Source of the DNA: a virus
Length of the DNA: 64,000 nt
Virus record (IMG/VR): IMGVR_UViG_3300045988_127492
Location: 1 to 64,000 of that record
Strand: one strand, 5' to 3'
Shown: positions 27,101 through 36,300 of the stretch, in pieces
Numbering within the stretch: position 1 is the first letter of the stretch
How the letters are laid out: every line of letters begins with the position of its first letter
Translations under genes and position numbers: made by a program
Notes under the pieces: model-generated
Told to the model about the DNA's origin: nothing
Database searches by the model: none
The model's input: only the letters and a program-made list of their open reading frames with translations

Positions 27101-30100
27101 TTAGATAAGTCTATTGACAAAGTAAAAAAAGATAGTACTCTTACTGCTGCTGAGAAAAACTCCATGATTTCTAAAATGATTGCTGAACAGACAGAGCTTG
27201 CTGCAGAGCAATATAGTAGTATTGAAGACCTTCGAAATCATGATACTTCCTCTCTCACTGAAGGGTTAGATATTGATTCAACTGCAACAGTTTCAGCTAT
27301 TGAACAGATTAATCAGGCATATGAGGATCAAAATACAGAGGTAACTGATCTTATTGACACTCTTAGCCAGTATAGTTCTGAGCAGTTAGAAGGCATTAAT
27401 TTTAATGATGGTAAATGGGATACCGAATTAGGCGATGCTGAGAAAGCTGTTGAGTCCTTATGTGATAAGCTCGGATTGACTAAAGATCAGACACAGGAAG
27501 TTATTAATGCACTGAAAGAAGCAGAAAAATTAAAAGATAGCACTGATTCTTCAGATGAATCCAGCGAAACAAAAGAGATTAAAAATGATGCTAAGGAAGC
27601 ACAAGAAGATTTTAATTCTCTTACTGGTAAAACATATAAGATTGATTTAGATACCACTGACTTAGATACCGCTCATAAACAAGTAACAGATTTAAGCTCA
27701 GAAGTAGATAAATATAGAGATCGTGACGGAAAATATCATTCTGAAATTTCTGGTGGCGAAGACCTTCAAACTATGTATACAGGGGCTATTTCACATGAAC
27801 AAGATGTAGAATATAGTTCAACTGCCATGTCTCAAGCCGATTCTAGCTCTAGTATTGTAAAAGCCGCTCAAGACTTTATGCAAGCTAAGAATGAGATGGA
27901 TATTCAAACTCAGCTATACCAGAAAGGTATGGACAATACCCTTGACCAAGCTACTCAGGATGCCAACGCAGCATTTGAGACTTTACAACAAGCTCAGACT
28001 GACTCAGGTATTAAATTAGTAGATACTGATAATATTCAGACTGCTGAAGACCAATTGCTTCAGATGTCAAATGATGACATTCAGGCCAAAGTAGACGTTC
28101 AGGCAGACACTAGCGAAGCTGAATCAGATATTAGCAACCTTCAGAACCTACAAGGCTCTACTATTACAATGACTTGTGATGTAGCCAATGAAGAAAGTTT
28201 TGAACAGGCAAAATCTACGATTGAGTCTATGCCTACAGGTACTACTGCTACTGTTGATATAGAGGTTAATGGCGAAGAGGACGTAGAAAAAGCCACAGAA
28301 CTAATTGAATCCGCACCTACTAATGGTAGCGAATTCGTTGTTAATTGCCATGTAGAAAATGCAGAAGATTTGGAGAAATTAACTGCCGCAACTGATGCCG
28401 CAAATGCCAAAGGAGCAAATATTAAATTAAATGCTAGTGTTGGTGAGGTGGACACTTCTACCGTTTCAGTTGATACAGAAGTTCCTGTCAAAGGCAAACT
28501 TGAAATGGAACCTTACTCTGGAGAAGCTGTTGAAGTAAATGCCAAGGCTAACATTACTGGTGTTGTTGGTGGAGAAGGTGTCGAAGTAAGTCTTAATGCC
28601 AAAGCAAATGTTACAGAAGCACCGACTGTTCCTGATACTACTGTTAAGGCAACCGCACACGTTGATGAAGCACCAGAAGTACCAGATGCAAATGGTAATG
28701 CTCACTATGAAAATGACTTGCCAACTGACGCAGGTAATATTTCTGGATTTGCTCACTATGACACAGATCTTCCAACTTCTGCTCCAGATATTACAGGAAC
28801 CGTTACATATTATGCTCACATTGTAGGTGCTCCATCGGGGGGATCTACTCACGGTGGTAGCGGTGGTAACTTTGCTTCTGGTACTATGACATCAGTTGCC
28901 TATGCTTCTGGTTCTGCATACAATGTTCTTAATATGAAACCACTCTCTTCTGCTTATGACAAAGGAGACGTTGCTTTAAAAGAAGATCAAAAGGCATTAG
29001 TCAATGAACAGAAGAAAAATGGACACTCTGAATCCATAGTACGTGATGGCGTGTGGAGTTTAATTCCTGGAGGGGCTCATTTCGAAAACCTCAAGAAAGG
29101 TGACATTATCTTCTCTGCTCAACAGACAGACGATCTGTTAAAACACGGTGCAACTCCGGGACATGCTAGAACGTATGCACAAGGTACTACTTCCAGAGTA
29201 ACTCTTGCTCCTGCTTTTGCTTCTGGTTCTACTAATACAGAACTCGACAATAAGATCAAAGAAGTAAGTACTCAAGCTAAAGACTGGATTAGTGTAGCTC
29301 TTGATCGTTTGGAGAGAATTGTTGAAAAGTACAAAGACATTGCCGAAAGTAATTATACCAATTACAAATCTTCCGAAAGAAATTATAACAAAGCTCTTAC
29401 TGCTATAAAACAGCAACTGAAAACTCAAAAAAATTCTAGGGCAGCATATGTAAATAAAGCAAATGAAGTTGCTTCCGCAGTAGGCCTTTCTGAAGATTTA
29501 AAAAGAAAAGTCCAGAATGGTACTATCAACATAGAAACCTTGTCTGAAGATAACAAAAAACGTGTTGAAGCATATCAAGAATGGTATGAGAAGATTTTAG
29601 ATTGCGACAAAGCCATACGACAGCTTACTATATCACAAAAAGATTTAGCCAAAGCTAAAGTAGACCGTGTTATTGATGCTTATGACACTGTTATAGGGAA
29701 ACGTGAAAATAAAGCTGACTATTATAAAGCCCAGCAAGAATTAAGAGTTACACAAGGATATAATCAAAAGCCCGGTTCTAAATATGAACAGTATATGAAG
29801 AAAGAGCTTTATTATACAAATGAGCAAAAGCGACTTACCGATCAAGAAATAAATACTTATAAAGGTAAGATGAAAGAATATCTTTCTGAAAATGGGCATA
29901 GAACAGTTGATCCAGAATATCAAAAAATGAAAAAGCAACTTTATGCTTTACAAACTACTTCTGTTAAGTTGGCAAATGAAGCTGCACAGTTAGTTCAGGC
30001 TCTACAGGATAATCGTGAACAAATAAAGCAATGGGCTGTTGACCGTTGGAATCGTGCTGGATCAAAACAGGATGCTGCAATTGATTATAAACTATCTACA

Positions 30101-32410
30101 GATAATCCCGATTTACAGATTGCAGAGAAAGATTATACCGAACGAATTAAAACAAACAACAATCAAATAGGGACTCTCCAAAAGTTACGAGAGGAAAAAG
30201 CAGAATACTATGATGCGTATTTCAGCAGCGGAAATAATGAGGAAGCGCAGAAGTATTTGGATGAGATTGCTAAGATCGACGAACAGATATTAAATCTTGG
30301 TACAAGCACAGAAGAGCTGAAAAATAAAATCATGGAACTGCGTTGGAAACCGTTTGAAGACGCACAAAGTGATCTATCAAATGTAATAAATGAATATCAG
30401 ACTATGCAGAAACTTCTTGGTGACACTGAAAGCTTCTACAATGATGATGGTTCGTTTACTGAAAATGGGTTAACTAATATCCTTCTCATTCAAGAATCTA
30501 TAGATGCTACTAAACAGAAAATTGCTAACTATAGAGAAGCACTAGATAAATTAGACGAGCAGTATAAAAATGGATGTTATAGTCAAGAAGAATACCAGCA
30601 GAAATCTCAAGAGCTGCTAAATGGAATACAACAGGAATCAGTTGCTCTTTCCGATTTACAGCAAAATATGCTTTCAATGTACGAAACTCAGGCTAAGACG
30701 GAAAATGATTTATTGCAAAAAAATATTGATAAACGTCTGGAAGCATTAGATGCGAAAGAAAAGTATTATGATTATGATAAAACTTTAAAAAAGAAATCAA
30801 AAGATATTAATGCTTTAAAAGCACAGATTGCTGCACTCGAAGGTACTTCTAATGCTGCCGGCAAGGCCAGATTGGAAAAATTAAAAGCAGAACTTGCAGA
30901 TGCCGAAGATGATATGCAGGATACTGTACATCAGCACGAAACCGAAATGAAAAAGACTGGTTTAGAAAATCTTCAAACAGATGCAGAGAATGCGCTTGAT
31001 AATACATTAGAGGCTCTAAAAAAGAATACCAGTTTCCAAGAAGCAGTTATTAATAATATGCTGGACAACGTGAAATTAAATTATGACAGTACGTATAGTC
31101 ATTTACACGATGTCATGGATCAGTATGGATTAAAGGTTTCTAATACTTTTGATAAATTAATTTCAAAATCTGCTGATTTTAATACTTCTTTAGCGTCTCA
31201 AACCAAAGCTATGCAAGAAGTTATCAATATGGCTACTAATCTTCCAACTGGCGGTGTCAGCAATGGACAAGGTGGTACAAATGGCACAGCAGATGGAGCA
31301 GTTAAAGACACTGCAAATAATAATCAAACTGCTAGTGGCGCAGGAAAACAAGATGACCTTGACAATATAACTTATACATTCGCATTAAACAAATCAGCAA
31401 TTTATCTTACACCAAATGAATCTTATACACTACAAGTGAAATGGTCTCCTAAAGTTCCTTTGCATTCAGATGTCACTTGGTCTAGCAATAAAACAAATAT
31501 TGCTAAAGTTTCATCATCAGGTAAAGTTACTGCTACTAAAGGAGTGCAATCTTCTAGCAATGGGAAAACAACAGGAACATTAGTTGGTGGAGTTGAAAAA
31601 ACATATAAAGCCATTATTACTGCCAAAACAGACTTTGGTTCAAAAACTTGTGCTGTTTATGTAATGCCTCTTGAACATTATAATGCTATTCATGATTATG
31701 CAAATAAGAGAGGACTGACTGTTTCTGATGACGAGATGCAGACAGCGCTTAAATATGCATACAAAAATGGTGGAAAGGAATCTTACCAGTCTAACGTAGC
31801 TGTAGATGGGTTTGTAAAAACAAAACTTAATAAATGGTTTAATAATCTCCCAGAAAGTTCAGGAAATGATAGTGATATTCCTTCTGATACAAGTGCTCTG
31901 GTTTCATATTTTATTGGCAAAGGTAAGAATGTTAATGGTAGTAATCTACAAGAACTTGCAAATATTTTAGGTATTAAAACTCCAGGAGTAACGGCTTATG
32001 ATACATGGAGTAGTACTTTGAAAAATAAAATTCTAAAAGCATATAAATCATATGGTTTTGCTACAGGTGGAATTATCAATAAACTTATTCCCGCTGATAT
32101 GAATACCCTTTTAGGTAAGGCTATTATTAGCAATGGTGATCAAGGATTTATTGGAGCCAAAGTTGGCGAGACGGTAATGACCGAAGAGTTTACTCGTCTA
32201 TTAAAACCGTCTATTACTGCAATGAATGGTTTTACCAGTATGTTTAGTCCATACACTCCACCTACTACCGCTAATGATTACACCATTAATAATGAAATAA
32301 ATATCAATGTAGCAAATATGAATAGTGATTTAGATATTCGGGATGTTGCAAATAAAGTCTCTACAATTATTAATAAGAATATGACCAGAGACTGGAAAAA
32401 ACTTAGATAA
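24122..32410 (+). CDS. Tape measure protein, exon 3 (2762 aa)
   Basis: The frame is open from 24089 with no RBS at ATG 24446. Very long coiled-coil-like Glu/Lys/Gln/Asp-rich sequence. Degenerate repeats near 28.5-28.8 kb. Ig-like (Big_2-type) segment at about 31360-31670. Confidence 0.85.
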   Translation, partial: VFAKNEDGGILPQTRRSQRNNLIAQGNQEVQSNKKAYEDDLRALNNLNRELNNNGKEIVDVNKRREIANKTLEEASDRAKSYGLQIANNTKNLSDFKRENEIKDEPTKMESFTSGLKGIASSALSAVGNTVISAVGGLAAEKLISLAFQGIDALVHWDDNIIAKGQEAKETILSQNEAYKNQKSQLGELQEQYTKLASGVRISGNAIKNVSLSDDEFQSFLDTSNQIANIAPSMVDNWDSEGNAILKFGTSAKETNQQISDYIQLQRDVTHLSIKDNLQNEYKGVVKDAEKVAEKVASLENQKDNADNVTSSWAELKDAMDSNDSITTITTHGSQEKEVRKLLSKYGITPMVSSDENGESYTIDTSGLSSNDREELKTSLEAKEEYAQGNANLIESEKAVQEAVQTSKWKDLLPSLQAYVESSNMFDNMDSDVAERAKNGINTMLSNIDISQMADQIKDAGDIDDWIDKTLIAPMTSGSKDVQKAWADLFSLEDSYGAEGSKMTVGEWAKKRNEYLETISKGTGESVSSLAKKMGYKTDDGWSIKSQNDIAAARLYGKNYDEDQRKEIGNYLNGLTKDNYEIAIDLLINGDDKFSSLKEFRSKVDEAIGAAQEDAEKATVSLDAMTTAITSAKTGLSSISTILTETTSAGGVSSDNRTSLMAMFSGVKNGDEEVNLNRLFSTTADGVKLNVDALKDYIHYQQEATDKKFSKGIENQIGDLKDLRTAWQNATGDEKDTALENLKNAQDDYVAYMQQQSEWQAIKKQQDDLLSQYTQWQTAQSTENAGDRYNNIYSGLKNAKDAYDKGLVGTDDFKTFAALISPTGSDDAKNFAENYGKAVRYLTEDKTGVNNFLADLKAKGMASYDKSDDRWSFNIDDMDRAAQSLGIGTEFMKANFGRLRDYGIDNNFISSTEEGISRVKELSLALAEEEKRLDSLDDNLATNDTTRSASQKKIAQYKEDLKETTENLSEYYGEDYTQQAAADFDGAAIAVQQLDKSIDKVKKDSTLTAAEKNSMISKMIAEQTELAAEQYSSIEDLRNHDTSSLTEGLDIDSTATVSAIEQINQAYEDQNTEVTDLIDTLSQYSSEQLEGINFNDGKWDTELGDAEKAVESLCDKLGLTKDQTQEVINALKEAEKLKDSTDSSDESSETKEIKNDAKEAQEDFNSLTGKTYKIDLDTTDLDTAHKQVTDLSSEVDKYRDRDGKYHSEISGGEDLQTMYTGAISHEQDVEYSSTAMSQADSSSSIVKAAQDFMQAKNEMDIQTQLYQKGMDNTLDQATQDANAAFETLQQAQTDSGIKLVDTDNIQTAEDQLLQMSNDDIQAKVDVQADTSEAESDISNLQNLQGSTITMTCDVANEESFEQAKSTIESMPTGTTATVDIEVNGEEDVEKATELIESAPTNGSEFVVNCHVENAEDLEKLTAATDAANAKGANIKLNASVGEVDTSTVSVDTEVPVKGKLEMEPYSGEAVEVNAKANITGVVGGEGVEVSLNAKANVTEAPTVPDTTVKATAHVDEAPEVPDANGNAHYENDLPTDAGNISGFAHYDTDLPTSAPDITGTVTYYAHIVGAPSGGSTHGGSGGNFASGTMTSVAYASGSAYNVLNMKPLSSAYDKGDVALKEDQKALVNEQKKNGHSESIVRDGVWSLIPGGAHFENLKKGDIIFSAQQTDDLLKHGATPGHARTYAQGTTSRVTLAPAFASGSTNTELDNKIKEVSTQAKDWISVALDRLERIVEKYKDIAESNYTNYKSSERNYNKALTAIKQQLKTQKNSRAAYVNKANEVASAVGLSEDLKRKVQNGTINIETLSEDNKKRVEAYQEWYEKILDCDKAIRQLTISQKDLAKAKVDRVIDAYDTVIGKRENKADYYKAQQELRVTQGYNQKPGSKYEQYMKKELYYTNEQKRLTDQEINTYKGKMKEYLSENGHRTVDPEYQKMKKQLYALQTTSVKLANEAAQLVQALQDNREQIKQWAVDRWNRAGSKQDAAIDYKLSTDNPDLQIAEKDYTERIKTNNNQIGTLQKLREEKAEYYDAYFSSGNNEEAQKYLDEIAKIDEQILNLGTSTEELKNKIMELRWKPFEDAQSDLSNVINEYQTMQKLLGDTESFYNDDGSFTENGLTNILLIQESIDATKQKIANYREALDKLDEQYKNGCYSQEEYQQKSQELLNGIQQESVALSDLQQNMLSMYETQAKTENDLLQKNIDKRLEALDAKEKYYDYDKTLKKKSKDINALKAQIAALEGTSNAAGKARLEKLKAELADAEDDMQDTVHQHETEMKKTGLENLQTDAENALDNTLEALKKNTSFQEAVINNMLDNVKLNYDSTYSHLHDVMDQYGLKVSNTFDKLISKSADFNTSLASQTKAMQEVINMATNLPTGGVSNGQGGTNGTADGAVKDTANNNQTASGAGKQDDLDNITYTFALNKSAIYLTPNESYTLQVKWSPKVPLHSDVTWSSNKTNIAKVSSSGKVTATKGVQSSSNGKTTGTLVGGVEKTYKAIITAKTDFGSKTCAVYVMPLEHYNAIHDYANKRGLTVSDDEMQTALKYAYKNGGKESYQSNVAVDGFVKTKLNKWFNNLPESSGNDSDIPSDTSALVSYFIGKGKNVNGSNLQELANILGIKTPGVTAYDTWSSTLKNKILKAYKSYGFATGGIINKLIPADMNTLLGKAIISNGDQGFIGAKVGETVMTEEFTRLLKPSITAMNGFTSMFSPYTPPTTANDYTINNEININVANMNSDLDIRDVANKVSTIINKNMTRDWKKLR

Positions 32411-32411
32411 T

Positions 32412-32437
32412 AAAAGGACTGCTTCGGCAGTTCTTTT
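32412..32437 (+). terminator. Hairpin (possible partial terminator) after the tape measure gene
   Basis: AAAAGGACTGC-TTCG-GCAGTTCTTTT, with one G.U pair. Confidence 0.45.
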
Positions 32438-32471
32438 ATTATACAAAAATATAAATGAAAGAGGTGAATAA

Positions 32472-33308
32472 ATGTTACAATTTGAATTCGATGGACACAG
32501 TTCTAATGAATACGGAATTATAGTGACTGCTATTACAGACAATGATAATCTTGAAAGCAGGACCTTACAATTAGGAGAAAAAAATAGATATAGAGTAAGA
32601 GAGAATCATTTTGGTACGGTATATGAAGGTAATTATAGTTTTACTATTAGCATTATGAAGAATCCTTGCCTTAGCGTAAATATAGAACCTGAATCAACAA
32701 ACAATTCTTATTACTTATCTTCCGATGATGTTCGCATTATTAATGGCTGGTTGACCTCTCCTCAAACACCAAGACTACTTAAAATAACTGGTGGAGATTA
32801 CTTCTGTGAGAATATAGAATTTTTCGCCACATTTACAGAAGTGGGTACTGATCATGTAATATCTCCATTTGAAATGAATTTTACAGTGACATGCGATAGT
32901 CCTTATGGGTATACTCCTGAGATTACACACACTATCACCTCTTCTTCTACTCTTACAAAAAATTATACAATCAATAATACTTCTGACTGTTATGAAGATT
33001 ATATTTATCCTCTCATCAAAATTTCCCCAAAAAGTCACGGATCCATAACACTTCAAAATACAACTGACAACAATGGCACAATGAAAATTAATGCTTTGAA
33101 AAATGATGAATTTTATATTGATTGCCAACATTTAAAAATATATGACATTACTAATTCACTTATAAGTTTTGAAGATTTAGGTGTAAATGATATAGATAAT
33201 ATATATTGGCTTAGATTAGCTCACGGTGAAAATGTTTTAAATTTCACTGGAGATGCATCATTTGAAATTGTTTACAGAGAGCCAAGAAAGGTAGGTGTAT
33301 TTGCTTGA
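32472..33308 (+). CDS. Distal tail protein (Dit-like)
   Basis: RBS AAAGAGGTGA; 278 aa. N-terminus MLQFEFDGHSSNEYGIIV is typical of siphovirus tail-family proteins. Lies directly after the TMP. Confidence 0.6.
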   Translation: MLQFEFDGHSSNEYGIIVTAITDNDNLESRTLQLGEKNRYRVRENHFGTVYEGNYSFTISIMKNPCLSVNIEPESTNNSYYLSSDDVRIINGWLTSPQTPRLLKITGGDYFCENIEFFATFTEVGTDHVISPFEMNFTVTCDSPYGYTPEITHTITSSSTLTKNYTINNTSDCYEDYIYPLIKISPKSHGSITLQNTTDNNGTMKINALKNDEFYIDCQHLKIYDITNSLISFEDLGVNDIDNIYWLRLAHGENVLNFTGDASFEIVYREPRKVGVFA

Positions 33309-36300
33309 AAGTAAAGCATAAATATGATATTTATGGACGCACCGAACCTTCTATCATCTATTTAGCTAAACCTGGTAAAAGATTACATTGTGCTCTTAAT
33401 GGAGTTGATACCTCTACTGTTTCACTATCTTTAAAAACCAACAATACAGCGGAATTAACTTTTACTGTAGATAAATATGTAGACAATATTATCACTGATG
33501 GTTATGAAGAATTAGATGAATTAATGGAACTGTATTGCGATGGTATATGGTTTAAGATTGTAGATCCACCTACTATTAATAATGATGGATTACGCGAAAC
33601 TAAAGAAATCACAGCTGAGTCTTATGAAATTATGCTTACCCAATATAGATTAAAAAATTTTAAAATCAATATGGGTGAGAAAGATTCTTATGAGATGATA
33701 TATCAAGCTTCTCATGACGCTGACAAATTTTATCAGATTAAATTTTGCGATCCAGAAAATGAAGATTTAAGTTTTTTACATTTGGTGTTAAAACATGCAG
33801 ATGTTCCAGGCTGGCATATTGGATATGTAGATAATATCACACCAGATGATGATGGAAAATTGCTTCCTGATAATATATGCAATTTTGATGTAGATGATCA
33901 AAATGTATACGCTTTTTTAACTCAAGAGACAGCTCAAGCTTATAAATGTGTATTCGAGTTTGATACCGTAAACATGACTATAAACGTTTATAGACCTGAC
34001 AGTTTAGGTAAAGATACAAATGTAATCTTAGGATTCAGAAATATCCAGAACAGTATATCTATTTCCAGAGAAGAAAATCTAGTTACTCAGTTCTATGTTG
34101 AGGGGCTTGACAGTTATAATATTGATGCAGTTAACTTTGGTGATTCTGTAATTACAGACCTCTCCTATTTTGTGCGTGAGCCGTATATGAACGCTACGCT
34201 ACAAGAAAAATATAATGCATGGCAAGATTATAGAGAATCTCGCAGAGAAGAGTTTATGAATCTATCCAGAGAATATAACCAGAATCTGGAAGTTCTTACT
34301 GAACTGACAAATAGAGTTCCTGTTGATTCTGCTCAGACGAACTGGTTTGGAAAAACAGTTGAAGAATTAAAAGATGCATATGATTCTAATATGGCTATCA
34401 TCAAAGGTTTTGAATCTCTCTATGTTGACGATGAGAAAAACTTTGATTTAGATGCTTTAAAGAAATCATCTGATTGGCCTATGTATGAATCTATTATGAA
34501 CTACACTCTTCCTGCTATTGTTGCTGCATTACAAGCACAAGATGAGACCGTGGATGGATTTGGCAAGGGAAATATTATTTCTTGTGTTAACCCTGTAGTT
34601 CTTGGACAAGATTGGTATACTGTTGGTTCTGGTACTTCTACTTTTAAAGCTGTACAGGTTGATGATGCACCAGCATATGGCATTACTCGTGGTATAGAAA
34701 TAACAGGTACAGATGGTGGCATTTATCAGCATAATATCAACATCGAACCATCTCAGAGATATACTCTTAGTTGTTTTGTAAAAGGTTCTGGTACATTCTA
34801 TCTTGGTTATGGCAATACTGGCGAAGATAGAAAAAACATTTCTTATGACATTACTTCTTCTTGGACAAGAGTCTATACTTCTTTTAAACTCTCTTCTCAT
34901 CTTATTGATGTAGCATTTACTGGAAGTTCTGATTTCACCGTATGTGGTATGCAGCTCGAAATGGGTGATTCACCAAGTCAGTTTGGATATTTCACACAGT
35001 CTGAAAATATCATGAAAGCTTACGAGACAGATTGGAAGCTTTACGGTATTTCAGAACTAAAAGTAAAGATTTCTACATATGATGGTTGTATTAAAGAACT
35101 AAAAAAGAACGGATATGACAATGAATATAACTCTTTAGCTGGCTATGAAGAAGCGTATTTTACACAGATGCATCAGAAATATCTTGATTACCTCAATCTA
35201 AAAGAACAAGCTGAAGCCGCTCTAACGGAACGTCAGGCAGAATATGACGTTGCTGAAAAACCTGAAATTCAGGAAAAGCGAAATCAAATTGCTAAAGATG
35301 TGTTAATTGAAAATTACGGTAAAGTGCAAACTCAGTATCCGGCTTTTACAGATACAGAAATGTATATTATTAAAAGTCTATATAATCAATCTATTTATAC
35401 AAATGAAAACATTATTGTCACCACTCTTGACAGTACTGCTGATGCTGTAGATAAATCCAAAGTTCTTTATGATGATGCAATAGAAGAACTATACGTAGAA
35501 TCACATCCACAGTATACGTACACTGATGATATCGAAAATATATACACTCTTCCTGAGTTCAAAGAGTATCACGAACAGTTAAATGTGAATGATTTTGTAC
35601 GTGTAGGACTTTCTGACACTTCCTATGTTAAACTAAGAGTAATTGAAATTACTTATAATCCTTGTGACTTAGACGAATCAATGGAAATTACTTTTAGCAA
35701 TATGATTCAATATAAAGCTAAAAGAAATGATTATAATTCTCTTTTAAACGATGTGATCAATGCTTCTGATAGAACTGGCGGTCGTATTAACTCAGTCAAT
35801 AAATCTACTACTTCTGATTATGTAATCACTGCGGATGTTATCAAACAGATCTTTTCAAATCCTCTCTTCAACTCTATGCTCGGTGGGGCTACTACTGGAG
35901 GAGCCGGATCAAGCGGAACAGTTACTGCTGATGCAATTGTCGCAGAGCTTGTTAAGGCTAAGGAAGGTGTATTTGATAAACTTACTGTTGATACTGCTTT
36001 CATGACATATTTAGATGCAAACCTCATTTCAGCAGATACTATTACTACAAGGATTCTTAATGCAGAACAGGCCAACATTGAAAAATTATCAGCCACCTTG
36101 ATTGAAGCTAACCAAATTTCAGCTGATATGGCAAACATTAAAAATCTCATTGCAGGTAATGCAGGTGTTGGAGAATTACATACCATTCATCTTACTGCAG
36201 AAAATGTAGAGATTGATCAGGCTGTTATTACTGATCTTATCGCAAAGAAAATTGCTGTTGGAGATTTAATGGCACAAAATGCTCTTGCAAATCAGATTGT

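Noticed and set aside
28141-28852. Two long minus-strand ORFs (118 and 128 aa) inside tape measure exon 3
   Set aside because: They are antisense shadows of a long, compositionally biased coding region. They have no RBS and low-complexity translations.
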